In this document: positions 52,171 to 64,000 of the stretch, one piece after another
How positions within the stretch are numbered: position 1 is the first letter of the stretch
Layout: every line of letters begins with the position of its first letter
Assembly (NCBI RefSeq): GCF_006345805.1
Contig: NW_021832120.1
Coordinates: forward strand, 310,001-374,000
Direction of reading: 5' to 3'
Length of the DNA stretch: 64,000 nucleotides
From: Octopus sinensis
Taxonomy: Eukaryota
Notes under the pieces: generated by a model
Seen by the model: the letters and a program-made list of their open reading frames with translations, nothing else
Told to the model about the DNA's origin: nothing
Databases searched by the model: none
Position numbers and translations under genes: made by a program

Positions 52171-52559
52171 ACTGAAAGTGTTAGTTGGAGGACTACAAGG
52201 AGTGACTGAATCGAATTCCTTTCTTGTAGTGTCGATTTATAAGACGCAAGTCGGAGTTTTGATGGATTTGTTCGTCTGGAGGACACTCAACTCACCTCTT
52301 TCGCTATCTCTACCAAATTGGCATTGCCGACTAAATTACGCTCTAAACTCTTTGCTTAATGTAGTGAAATTAGTGTACACCAGTAGAACAAGGCTTGCCA
52401 GAATGCACAAATAAAGGTCACTAACGTATCTTACATAGTGATGTATAGTGGTCACCCAACCAAAGAAGGAGTGTGATCTGTAGCGCTTAACCAAGGGAAT
52501 TACTTGATCCTGCTACTTTTGTACTCCATTTGGGGGAACATATTGTCCACACCCTCCCT

Positions 52560-53160
52560 CAACACATCCATCAATGAATTGCATTTTTGTTCCGTAGAAT
52601 TATTTTTTGCAACATTCCATTTTTTCCACGTGGTTTACTGTTCTCTGCAAGCTTAACAGTTCTAAATAAAAGCGAAAAGAAAATTAGGCTCATCGCTGTG
52701 GGTAACATATTCAGGAAGCTCACTGCGAAAATCATTCTTAGCGATTTTTTTCCTAATTTGAGTTCCCATTTGTCGCCACGTCAGTTCGACGTTGATGTGC
52801 GAGGTCTTTATGAGCCATCGGGAATTGGTCAATAAGTGCAATCCGAAAATTCCGTTTGTTGCAAAAATGGAGAGAAACTGTCTCAAATGAGATTTACCCT
52901 GGCGGACATGTTGGTTTTAAGGACCGTTACTCAGTCTGCGTCGTCTCCTGGCTTTGCGTCTTGCCGGGCCGAGGGAATCAAAGGGAGGAAGTTCGCGTCC
53001 ATTCCTGATGCATACAACTTCGTCCCAATTGCCGTGGAGATGAGTGGCGTGATTGGCCCGCTGGGAAGAGGATTCTATCTGTAATTGGGAAGCTGATCGG
53101 AAAGAAAACTTATGATTACCCGGAAACCAGCTGGCTGTATTAGAAAATATTTAAAGCAAT
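52560..53160 (+). mobile_element. CRE-like retrotransposon, RT start joined to the REL end
   Basis: KIRLIAVGNIFRKLTAK..LSPRQF, followed by RAEGIKGRKF..FVPIAVEMSGVIGP. Confidence 0.72.
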
Positions 53161-53989
53161 CTTGCGAGGTAAATAGTTTGTTGTGAAATTACTGGCAAAT
53201 CATAACTGTTTACACAACTTTTTTTGATTTGAAAAAATGATTCCCTTATTAAAAGACATGTATTTTCTTGTAGTTTATTATGACAGATTTGGCTGTTTAT
53301 AAAAGTTTAATTCTATAGGCATCCGCAGAAAAAGTAATAGAAAGATGCCAACAAACTTTCATTCAAAAGGAAAAAAAGCATTCAATAGTTTTTATAATAT
53401 TTATCAGAAGCCGCCATAAGGAGACTGGAAGTTGCCTACCTTTCGTTATACTTTATTGTGAGGTATGTTCGGATATGTTCTCAGAAATAACGCTCAAAGT
53501 CTCCCTGACCGATCCACATACTGAAAGTCCGCATACCGGAACTATTCGTTTGTAAACCTAAGCAAAGAAGTTCTTTAAAAATCAAAAAAATAACAGAAAA
53601 CCAAGAAGAAAACACATTAGACGACAATTCCAACAGAAAATAACGATTTATGCCAGAGTTTCTCATCGGGGTCCTTAGAAAAAATAAGTGCGTCCCCATA
53701 ATTTTATATTTTCAATATATTTTTAATGTAGTCTTTGTTTCTTTTTCATAAAAATGCTCTAAATATACAAAATAAATTTTCTGCACACTTTAATCGCGTG
53801 TTTTAACGTAGATAAAAAACGATTCTGGTGTAATTCTTATGTTCAATATTGATTCATAAAAAGAAGGAAATAATCGAATTTGAAGGAAATAATCGAATTT
53901 TATCATAAAAATATGTATTACACACAGCGCAATTTATTCCTTTATTTCAACCTTTCTCTGATCTGCATAAACAAAATTCTGAAAAATTC

Positions 53990-55200
53990 TGAAGGAAAAC
54001 TTACTTTTTAAGACGCTAGAAAAAGAAAAAAATTACTTGTCAAAGTCTCAACCATTCGAAAAAGACCTATTTGAATAGTTTGTTAAAAAACGATCATTTG
54101 GATTTACAATCTTGTAAAATCTATGTCTCTAAAAGCGACGAAAGTTTCTAATATTCAAGAATTTCAAGCATCAAATGGATGGTTTGAGAAATTTAAAAAT
54201 TGATATTGCATTGCTTCTCGTGCTATATGTGAGGACAAATTAATTTGTTGAAACTTCTGTAATTGATTGACAATTTTGCAGAGAGCCTCAATAGAAAATT
54301 AGAACAATTTTGTTCAAAAAATATTTTTAATTTGGACGAAACTGGATTGTTTTTAATTTTTGTCGAACAGAAAATTAGCTGTTGACTTGGACAAAAATCT
54401 ATCTAATAAACCGATAAAAGAACGAGTAACTGTTATGTTTTGCGTTAGTATGATGGGAGAAAAACTTGACTCATTTGTTATAGGAAAAGCCAAAAATCCA
54501 CGCTGCTTTAAAGGAAGAGGAAATTTAATTAATAATTTAAATACAAATCAAATAAATAAGCATGGATGACATATGATTATTTCTCAGAATGGCTCATAGA
54601 ATTGAACAAAAAAATTCTAATTTTACTTAATAATGTTACTGTACACTCACATGGTTTAGAGTTCAGTAACATCGAAATCTTATTTTCTCCCAAATATAGC
54701 ATCGAAATGATAACCCCTTGATCAAGGAATAATAAAATCATTCAAAGACAGATATAGACAACTCCTATGTGCCCAGTTGGTTGAATTTTATACCAATGAT
54801 AGAAATATAGATCACGAAAAAGTTACGGAAAAGTTGAAGAAATTCACTGTGGTGAATTGCTTGAAATTCATAAATCAAGCTTGGTTAGAAGTATCTGAAC
54901 TGAAAATTAAAAATTGTTTCAAGAAAGCATTTAAAAATGCGTTAATACAGAACCTGACAGAAATAGATGAAAGATGATGAAAATTGTTTGATTCGTGAAA
55001 ATGATCAAATTGACGACGAAAACTTTATACAGAACTTTTCGAGAAAACTAAATCACCATGACGAAGTTGAAGAGGTAGATGAAAAAATTTATGTTCCGAC
55101 ACTGTATGAAGCTAGTGAATATGTGAAGGCGCTTGAATTATGGTTTTTTGAGAATAATTGTGAACAAAGAGGAAAAGTATACAAAATATAAAAAAAATTT
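53990..55200 (+). mobile_element. Tigger/TIGD-like transposase pseudogene
   Basis: FQASNGWFEKFK, NLDETGL, KERVTVMFC, VIGKAKNPRCF and PLDQGII. Confidence 0.78.
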
Positions 55201-55214
55201 AAAAATTATCAAAC

Positions 55215-55520
55215 TAATCAATTTAAAAAAATCACAAGAACATATCTAACAAACTCAAAGAAAAGAAAAACAAACTGGTGTCAGTTCGCCAATACCCTCA
55301 ACTACAAAACAAAAACACTCTTCAAAACAATAAACAGCATCGTTAACTCCAAAAATGGTCTACTTATTGGCAAAGAACATGCCAATCTGTTGATGAAGCA
55401 CTTCAAAAACATCAGCCACCGCACACGAGACTGCCACTCACACAGACCACGAGTACAAAAATACCCCCTTGAGCACAATTACAATTCATTCACTCAAGAA
55501 GAAGCTTATTCCATTTGCAA
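55215..55520 (+). mobile_element. Jockey/I-like LINE linker fragment
   Basis: NWCQFANTLN..LFKTINSI..HANLLMKHF..FTQEE. Confidence 0.45.
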
Positions 55521-55758
55521 CTAACATATGAGTGTGAGACGGCATTTTCAACACTACCTACCATTAAATCAAAATTTCCAAATAGATAAGATGTGTCAAA
55601 TAAAAAAATTAAAAATCATTTTAGTTTCAAACAATAATTTATTAAGTGTCATTTCTCATAGTAATCAAAACTAAACCATATCATATAATAAATTTCTACT
55701 CAATGTCCAAAATAACCATTTATTTAAATAGAGAAAAATAAAGAAATTAATGTTAGTT

Positions 55759-55992
55759 TCAAATTCGATTTCCAATATCATCAATTTTCTCCGACAAAAA
55801 TTCTATAAACTGTACGATCATGTTGATCACATTTAGATCATTCGGTGTCAGATTCTCTTCGTTCAAAATATATTCGTCTAACCATTGGTCTAATTCTTCA
55901 ATTATATACATTATGTAGCAAATTTCATTTAATTCATTTTCAAGATAGTCATTATTCTCATTATTGTTCGGGGTTGGAATTCTTTTCACCAT
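55759..55992 (-). CDS. Orphan small acidic helical protein, copy A (77 aa from MVKRIPTP; frame open to 56076)
   Basis: Paralogue of 58321-58557 with 49/72 aligned residues identical by hand count and a frame-preserving 15-nt indel. TATAAATA lies 24 nt upstream of the ATG. Confidence 0.6.
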   Translation of the reverse strand: MVKRIPTPNNNENNDYLENELNEICYIMYIIEELDQWLDEYILNEENLTPNDLNVINMIVQFIEFLSEKIDDIGNRI

Positions 55993-56015
55993 TTCTGTTT
56001 CTTTTAATTTGTTCC

Positions 56016-56277
56016 TATTTATAATAAAATTTAATGCGTGGAAAAGATTTTGTTTCAATCTAGCATTATTATTCATGAAATTACTATTGTGTTAAAAAAT
56101 CCAGTTTTTACGATTTAAGTAAAAATCTTTTTTAATTTCGTCAAATTTTATTAAACGAGATATATTTTAATTCTTCAAAACTTTAATTTTGCATATTTGA
56201 AATATTTCTGAGTTTTAATATGTCATTGGTTTCATTTATATTATGAGTAATTTATATTTAACGTTATTATGACTCAT
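56016..56277 (-). promoter_or_regulatory. Conserved upstream region of the orphan pair (TATA box plus inverted ATGAGT(A/C)A motifs)
   Basis: TATAAATA at 56016-23 and 58581-88. atgagtaa...tgactcat at 56243-77 and 58804-38. Confidence 0.4.
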
Positions 56278-58320
56278 TTTTTGTGCTAGTTTATTAATTT
56301 TAATATTATACAATATAGAGACAATTTTTACAATATTTTATTAATACAAAGAAGCTAATTAACTAATTAATTGCCTAAAGTCCTGAGCCTTAGACGTGAA
56401 CATCAATTTTTACCATAAATTAGTATTTATTTGAGATTATAATCTGTTTAAAAAATTTACAAAATAACATAAAACTGAATTACAGCAGACCACGATTAAT
56501 TTGTAAAAATTACGTGAAGCAAGATATTGGTTTGGCTATCAGTTTGAAATAGAAGACAAAAATGACGCAATTTTGTTATAACATTCGAGAAAGAGTCAGC
56601 TTTAGAAAGAACGTGGGTTATATTTTATTAATTAAAACTAAAAAATTGACATATGTATTCCTTACTCTTCTGTGTTATTGATTCCTAACTTGTATTACTA
56701 CGATTTTTTAAGAATTACATTTGTGGACTTTATAATAGCTATTAATAAATTATAGGACAAGATTATAAGAGAAACTATAGAAAATTCCTTTAAACATCCA
56801 TTTTCTGATATTCAAAACAAAAAACCAAAAAATAAAACAAATAAACATTTATTATTTTTTACTAATCATTTATTAACAAAGGAGCAACATCTTAGCTAGA
56901 CTTTATGCAAAGATATGAAAATAGTAAGGAATATTAATTATGTTTTTTGAAGTTGAACAGTTTAACAGAAATACGGGAGTAATTTCTTTTGGAAATTATG
57001 AATGTTATGTTTTGAAATATTATATTTTCTTTGTATCATAATTCTGATTAAAAAATAGACTACTGATTTTGATTGTTGGAGAATATCAATTCTAACATAA
57101 GTTTTAAAAATATTAAAATGCCCCCAGCTAATATAAATGATTTAAATCCATTATTAAACATTTTTTTAATTCTAATTTTTAGAGAAAAAGTCAAAAGTTA
57201 AAATTAATATTCCACATTTTACCACACTGTGTTTTGTTCTTGTGTGTCTGTTTTTTTGTTGTTAAATCTATCTTTTGATCCCTATTATATGTTTTTTTGA
57301 AAATTTTTTGAGAATATATTAAATAAATGCATTTTATTAAAAATTAAATACTTTGTTTATTTGTCTAATATTTTTACAGAAGAAATTAGTCAAATTGATT
57401 TTCATTCTCGTATCAATGATTTAATTTTTATTTAAAATGCTTTCCTATTTATCAAATTAAAATTAGCTAAAGATAGTGAGAACCAGCACAACCTGCTTTA
57501 TTATTTCATATACATGTATATCACTGGTTGGATGATTCCTTTTTAAAACCAAATGAAAATAACTTGAAAACTATTTAAAAATATCTTGATAATAAAATTA
57601 AGTCCATTTATTCTATTTTGTATCACTTTCTTGATTGACCGCAAATCCCATATCAGAAATTTTTCCCAACTAATTACGAATTTTATTACATTCTAAATAT
57701 TTTAGATTTCTTGCAATTCACAAAAGAAATTTTTTCTCAATTTCTTCATTTTATCTTTAATTGTGAAAAAATCAAAATTATTGTGTTTCTGTATATCATT
57801 GATTTCTTTATCTGCTAGAAAATTGGTCAACGAACAAAAATACCAAATATTTTTTTTGATTTGATAATTAAGTGATCACAAACTCATTAAGGAAAACTTG
57901 ATTCTAACTAAATTACATTTTTCACTGCTATAACTCTAGTATGAAAATATCTTAGAACTTTAAGACAGCTTTATTCCATTTTAGGACTATTGGAAAAATC
58001 TTTACTTCTCATTTGCAAGAAGATAGTATTTGTGTTATTTCCCAACCAAAACTTGTTATAACAGTTCTTGTGGAAAAAATGCGAACTTCGATTAAAATTA
58101 TTTCATTCTTCTGTCTTGTCGTAAACAAAAATATTGAGGTTTATAGAAATAGATTCTTGTTTTAAGTGTCAACTTTGATTTTGGAATTTTGGGTCGACAT
58201 TATAGACACATCCGAATGTCTTTTCAGTTTACTGCTTGATCATCCATACGTTTATCATGACCGAATGTAGGAAATTGAAATTTATTTTAATAAGAAAAAA
58301 ATAAAAGAAATAAATGATAG

Positions 58321-58557
58321 CTAATTATTGTTTCTGTTTCTGAATCGATTTCTAATAACATCACTTCGCTCCGACAAAAATTGTATAAACTGTTCAATTA
58401 TGTTGATCACATTTATATCATTCATTGTCAGCTCCTCTTCGTTTAGCCATTGGTTTAACTCTTCAAGTGTAGATATGATGTTGATAATTTCAACTAATTC
58501 ATTCTCAAAATTGTCGTTGTTCTCATGATTTTCCGGGGTTGGAATTCTTTTAACCAT
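58321..58557 (-). CDS. Orphan small acidic helical protein, copy B (78 aa)
   Basis: Paralogue of copy A with the same TATAAATA-to-ATG spacing and the same upstream motif pair. Confidence 0.6.
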   Translation of the reverse strand: MVKRIPTPENHENNDNFENELVEIINIISTLEELNQWLNEEELTMNDINVINIIEQFIQFLSERSDVIRNRFRNRNNN

Positions 58558-58944
58558 TTCTGCTTTTTTTCATTTTTTGCTATTTATAATAATATTCAAC
58601 GCGTGAGAAGATTTTGTTTCAATCTAACATTTTTGTTAATAGTATCACTTTATTTTAAAAATATCAAAATTTTATACTGAAGTAAATTTTTTCAATTTCC
58701 TAAGTTTTATTAAACAAAATATTTTTTAATTGTTCAAAACTTTTGTTTTGTACATTAGATATATTTTTATGAATTGTAATTTGTCATTAATTTTATACAT
58801 ATCATGAGTAATTTATATTTAACATTGTTGTGACTCATTAGTTTATTAATTTGTAACTTAACCCCAAAGCGGCACTCAAATTGAGAAATTAAGTCGCAAA
58901 TTATTGTTATATTTTTCATACGACGCGCTTTCCTTATTTTCATA

Positions 58945-59310
58945 GAGCACAAGAAATGCAAATTTTACCATTTGAAGAGGGGAAACCCCTAGTCTGGGAC
59001 GCAACCTGTGTGGACACTCTCTGCCCGTCCAACATTGCCGGGAGCGCAGTGGACAGACTGTATGCCGCGGAAAAAACGATGAGGGCAAAGGAGAGAAAAT
59101 ATGAAACGCTGCGAGACCGATTCCTGTTCTGTCCGATTGTGGTCAAGACAACTGGAGGAATAAGTGGGAAATAGCTTCGCTTCCTAAAGAAGCTTGGACG
59201 CTTAGCCAGATTAAAAAGCCACGACACACGTGAGACCCGATGGCTTCTCCAGTTGATCCCCGTTGCTATCGTGAGAGGCAACGCAACGTCAATTATGTTG
59301 CAATCTATGA
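58945..59310 (+). mobile_element. CRE-like REL 3' fragment
   Basis: GKPLVWDATCVDTLCPSN..KERKYETL..PIVVKTTG..AIVRGNA. Confidence 0.82.
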
Positions 59311-59479
59311 AGATTTTCCCAGTCATCCAAGCAGGCTGGGAGCTATAAAATTTGTGGCCAATTTGAGAGGGTTGAGTGTATTTTAATACCTCTTTTAGAG
59401 TTAATATCTTATTAGTGGAAATGTTCCCTCAATCAATGAAATAAGACCAGCTCTAGGAAAGGGACTAAAAGAGCGAACA

Positions 59480-60950
59480 GACGTTTTGAAAAAGTCCGGC
59501 GACCTTAAATAGAACAATATTAGAAAATTATGGCTAGTTTTATTAAACAAAGTCAAATAGCAGGAAGCGCGAATCCATCGTAGGCACTGGTAGTCCAAAT
59601 AGAAGAAATATCCGGGAAAACAATCTCCTCTGCCTGCACAGCGCTCGATTCGAGGTTTCCTGGCTGAGGCATTGATTCCGACTCGGAAACAGCACGATAT
59701 CTAAACCTCCTGGGAAAGTAATCACATCATTGAACTCTCCATGCGGTACCTCTGGCTGTGGCGTTCAATCAGCACATTGAAACGCTGAGCATACTCCATC
59801 CACTCCCGCACGTCCGAAAGAGCCACTTTGAACTCTAATCAACTTAAACAAGAACAAACTTTCCGTGGCCATTTTTTCCGCACATTTGGCTTCCGCTGGT
59901 TTTTCCTGACTCAGCAAATCAATTGTGAAATACGAAGAAGCCTACACGACTAACCAAAGAGGAATACAAACATGACGGAAGGTCTTGTCGAAGGATTTTG
60001 CGATGTCAATCGAAGCCAGAATTGTTCGAAGTGGTGGTTTGTTGTTAAAACCATCCGCAATGAAGTCCGTTAGTTTTGTTAGGTGCGTAGAGGTGGAGTG
60101 AGATGGGCGGAAACCATGTTGGGATCTAAGAGATGGGCCGAAAAGAACCTGGGTCTCGAGAATCCTTGTTCGGCTTGAGTGTTGGGATTATAGTTGATTG
60201 TTTCCATAACATGGGGATATATCCAACGTTCAATGAAGTTTGAAAGATGTCCGTGATGGCTCAAAGTCCATTCGGCCCAATGATGAATGCATATTCCGTC
60301 TGGGCCTTTCTCTGGCGAATTCTTGGCATTCAAGATTAGGGCACGTATGTCCACCAGTCTATCTTAATCGGAGAGACATTTGGTGACGGAGGGGGATTCA
60401 ATATATGTACAAGATTTGATCTGTCGATGTTGATATGGCATTTGTTTTGTAGAATGTGGTCAGTATTATCCCGTTAATACTTGATAATCTGGAGCCCGAG
60501 TTGGAGTCCTGGACGTCATTCCTCTTTATTGTACGTCTCTCTTTTATGAGATCAATGATCTCCTTTGTGAAAAGTGGTTTTCCCCACGGATGAATCCTTT
60601 AGGAACGTATTCTTTAGGAAAGTAATTGGTAGTGAAGGGAATGATGAGGGTGATGAGACCTCCTCCATTCAGTCCGTTAGGGCGGTCCATACAAACAGTT
60701 GAAAATTCCTTGAATCGAGGGGTAGGACGTCAGGCGGGTTTCCTGTATTAAGGCCATGTCCATGAGAGGATAAGAATTCCATTATCTCATCTTGTTTACG
60801 GGAGATCCCATTAATGTTTATTTGTAGAATGGTGAGGCAGTTCGAAGGTACCAAATTGGGTTCAATATCGCTGGGGAGGGCAAGTGACTCATGGAAGAAG
60901 TTGAGGGCTACTTCGAAGACAGCCAGAAGATCCAAGGGATCCAATGGGGA
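59480..60950 (-). mobile_element. Jockey/I-like LINE, deleted and degenerate
   Basis: ILQININGI, GPNG, WKQSTIIP..SFRPISL..QHGFRP..DIAKSFD. Confidence 0.72.
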
Positions 60951-60960
60951 GAGTATAGAG

Positions 60961-62544
60961 CAGGGGTGTCAAACATGCGGCTCGCGGGCCGCATATGGCC
61001 CTCGAAAGACATAGGTGCGGCCCTCAGCGTACTTTACCAAACATAAGTGCGGTCTGATTTAATGGCTATAAAATGCAAAAAATTATTTTTTATTTTTTTA
61101 CATTTAATTAAAATTTTTAATTGTATTTTTAAATCGTCTTTGTTAATGTCACGTGCTTCTTCTGGAATAAAATAGAAACGCTCCTTGAAAGATGAACGGA
61201 GGGTGTTTCAAGATAAATGGGAACTTCTCTATTTTTGCACAATGGTTGATGGAAAAATACATTGCTTTATATGTAACACGAACATTGAACACGAGACTAA
61301 AAAATTGCAATCTTTGCAACTTTAGCTTTCTCGGCAAAGACATTGGCTTCTTCTCGAAGATCATTCTGGAAGCAAGAGCAATGGCTATTCCTAAACGTCC
61401 ACCTCTCGCTGCTTGTAGTCGAAGGATATCCGGTCTGGCCAAGGAGAGAAATCGCCTCAAAAGGTCAAACCGGATGTCTTCTGACATAATTACCCGCATC
61501 CGACACTTAAACAAGGACTGAAGTCCAATGAACTCAGACACACCTATTTGAAATGGAATCGAATTCTTTCTACCGTGAACCGCAATCGTTCAACGGTGAA
61601 GTGTGGAAAGCCATTCGGCACGTGGTCAGGGGGGACGCTCCCGAACCTTTCGAAGATTTTGATAAAAATGACGTGAACAGCCTCATGAATTTCTATGCGA
61701 AAAATGCACATAAAGATCACAGGAAATCCGACTCACTCTCCTCCAACAGAAGCCTAAAAAAACGGGCTGAACCGCTCCTCCTCTCGGTAAAGGAGGTGGA
61801 AGATACCTTGCACTCAACAAAACCTTTTTACTCTCACGGCCCGGACAAAATCCCGGTGATCCTATTAAAAAACCTCGGCGTCGAAGGTGTCAGATTTCTA
61901 ACAGCAATCTTCAACCATTCTATTAACAAAAACGTAATTCCGGCTTTATGGAAACAGGCCTTAATAAGGCCGATACTGAAGCCTGGAAGACCAAGAGGGG
62001 ACTCGCTTGATGAGGTCTATCCCGGGTCATCATTTGCTCATTTTCATTGTATTATTCATCAGCAATATTTGTGCTCAAAGATATTAAAAATGGAATCGGT
62101 GTTAAAGGAATTTCGTGAAAGATTTAATGATTTTTCGTCTTTTGAACAACAATTTTCACTATTCGCATCACCATTCTCTTTTAATGTTTCTAATGCAGAT
62201 GAAAGTTTACAAATGGAACTAATCCACTCAGATTCTGTACTTAAAGCTAAATATTTGGAGGTTAGAATACCTGCTTTCTTTTCATATCTTCCTGGAAAGT
62301 TTAAAAACTTAAAAAGTTGTCAATCCTCTGGAAGCAACTCTCACCAAAATTAAAAAGCGATAATTGAATAATTTAGTAACTAAATTATTAACTAAAACTA
62401 AATTTTAGTTTCTTTTATTTTGGTTATTCATCATAATAAATATCAGAACTAATCTTCCTTAATGAGAAATTATATAAATGCGGCCCTCGAAGCAAAATTG
62501 TTACAAAATGCGGCCCTCAAAGCGAAATGAGTTTGACACCCCTG
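60961..62544 (+). mobile_element. Non-autonomous hAT carrying an internal LINE fragment (~61279-62005)
   Basis: TIR caggggtgtcaaac at both ends and a perfect TSD gtatagag (60953-60, 62545-52). The ends closely match 28269-29920. The cargo reads VWKAIR..SHGPDKIP..IFNHS..WKQA.I.PILKPG. Confidence 0.92.
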
Positions 62545-62569
62545 GTATAGAGGGTCTTTTTGGAAAACA

Positions 62570-63217
62570 GAATAAGCAAGTAGAATTTGTTGACATATTT
62601 AAGATATCAGGATTTGTGTGATCACCTGACAGTGATGAATGGGAAGTACGAAAGAGAACTGACTCAGCAGATCTCGGAAAAGAAATACATCACGGAATAT
62701 CTTAAAATGAATTTGCAAGGAAAGGGTTTGGAGTCGATGATCTAAAAAGGCCTTGAAATCTACGAAGTGAACACCAAATTGTCAGCGCTGAAAGAAAAGG
62801 AGAGACAGGCATTTTAAGGACAGCTGAGGCAGCTCAGACAAGAGTGTCGAAAATATAACATTGGGTACTGTGGCCGAGTGTATCTTAAGCCGGAAAATTG
62901 GCTTTGCTTGAGAACTTTAAAATCCAAAAGGAGGAAATTCTTGACAAAATGAGCAAACTAGAAAACGACATTCAGGAAAACGAGTTCAAGAGAAAGGAGG
63001 AGTTGTGCGAGAAAGTGTACGAGTTCTTGAATATGGTATTAATATTTTAATTTTTGTACAAAAGGAATATAATTCAGAGGAATACCAAATCGGCAAAGAG
63101 GAATTGAGTCATCTTTTGCTGTCACTGCTGTCTTTCAAGTACTCCATGGGAGTCTTTGACAGTCAGACCGAGAAACTTTATAAACAACTGCAATCACTGG
63201 AAGAGACGAAGGAGTAG
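62570..63217 (+). pseudogene. CFAP157: CFAP157-like coiled-coil ciliary protein pseudogene fragment
   Basis: ENITLAGKLALLENFKIQKEEILDK..LE resembles CFAP157 [25 protein letters not shown] as recalled. It has short introns, an internal stop and a frameshift. Confidence 0.55.
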
Positions 63218-63239
63218 TTCTGCATGTTCAAAATAGACT

Positions 63240-63830
63240 AACCCAGCATCAAATCGAAAAAAACTTTCATTACCGAATTGGAGATCCTGGAATGGTCCCG
63301 CCGAAAGACAGAATACTGACGAAAAGTATTGAAAAACAGAAATCGCAATTGCTGGGGAACAATCGAGTCTACACAAAATACTTGGTGAACAAAATAGCAG
63401 AAAATCACAGTATCTGGGAAACCTGAAATTCGCCCCATCTCCATTTTTTCAGACTTGAATCTCCCACGTACTCCTAATTGGCCATCACCACATGTAGACG
63501 CTCTAAGCAGACGACTGGCATAACTAAAATACAGCAAACCCACGTTAATTCAGAGTGTAGCCATTCCTGTGGCCTTTTCGGGTTACAATATGGTTGGGAT
63601 AGCACAGACTGGGTCGGGGAAGACATTGGCTGTTTCATTCCCTCGGTGACTTTCTTTAGTATTTGATTCCCCCCATGGATCATATTGCTAGCATGTCCCC
63701 TGTACGGAGAGGCGACGGTCCAATCGTTGTGTAGTATTTCAAGGTTCTAGTGTTGGTGCCGACCACGGAATTAGCTCAGCAAGTGAAGTGCAGGCTTACT
63801 AAAACATTTGGTTTGTTTCTGGAATTAGTT
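63240..63830 (+). pseudogene. DEAD-box helicase DDX5/DDX17 (Dbp2-like) N-terminal part, probably a pseudogene
   Basis: Q motif KPTLIQ..AIP, GIAQTGSGKTLA, YLIP..HI..GDGPI and VLVPTTELAQQV with short introns. A TAA precedes the Q motif and PTRE has become PTTE. Confidence 0.8.
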
Positions 63831-64000
63831 TCCCTCAAAATTTCAATTTAGTTCTAATTATAGTTTATATTGGCTACAAGGTGAAGATTCGAGCCGTATC
63901 TATGTCTGGACGATCGTGATTACAAAAAAATTAGAGAACATGCGTCTAGAATACAAACTCTTAGCTACGTCGGCAAATAACGTAACAAGTATTTCAATTA

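Overview
AT-rich eukaryotic (animal) genomic DNA with no rRNA, CRISPR or prokaryotic features. Spliceosomal introns are very short (mostly 21-30 nt, GT-AG). With bilaterian-type genes present, this suggests a dicyemid mesozoan or similar miniaturised parasite (inference). Apparently intact genes: an FMRFamide-receptor-like class A GPCR (417-1679), a TMC channel-like gene (5152-7441), an MDH1B-like pseudoenzyme (47603-48617), tRNA-Phe(GAA), and a duplicated orphan small-protein gene pair (55.7 and 58.3 kb). Most of the window is transposon debris: four pogo/Tigger elements, many hAT elements (four with perfect 8-bp TSDs), RTE and Jockey/I-like LINEs, CRE-like and NeSL/R4-like REL retrotransposon pieces, and integrase remnants. 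Among them are seven decayed, intron-retaining copies of conserved host genes (katanin p60, GAR1, Elongin A, XPNPEP1, Obg/MTG2, CFAP157, DDX5/17). Best leads: a twin-priming-type inverted RTE, a hAT carrying a tail-less LINE fragment, a PHD finger upstream of a CRE-like ORF, the pseudogene cluster, recurrent microhomology and templated-insertion scars, and the orphan pair with a conserved promoter. All family calls come from motif recognition by eye. No database search was run.
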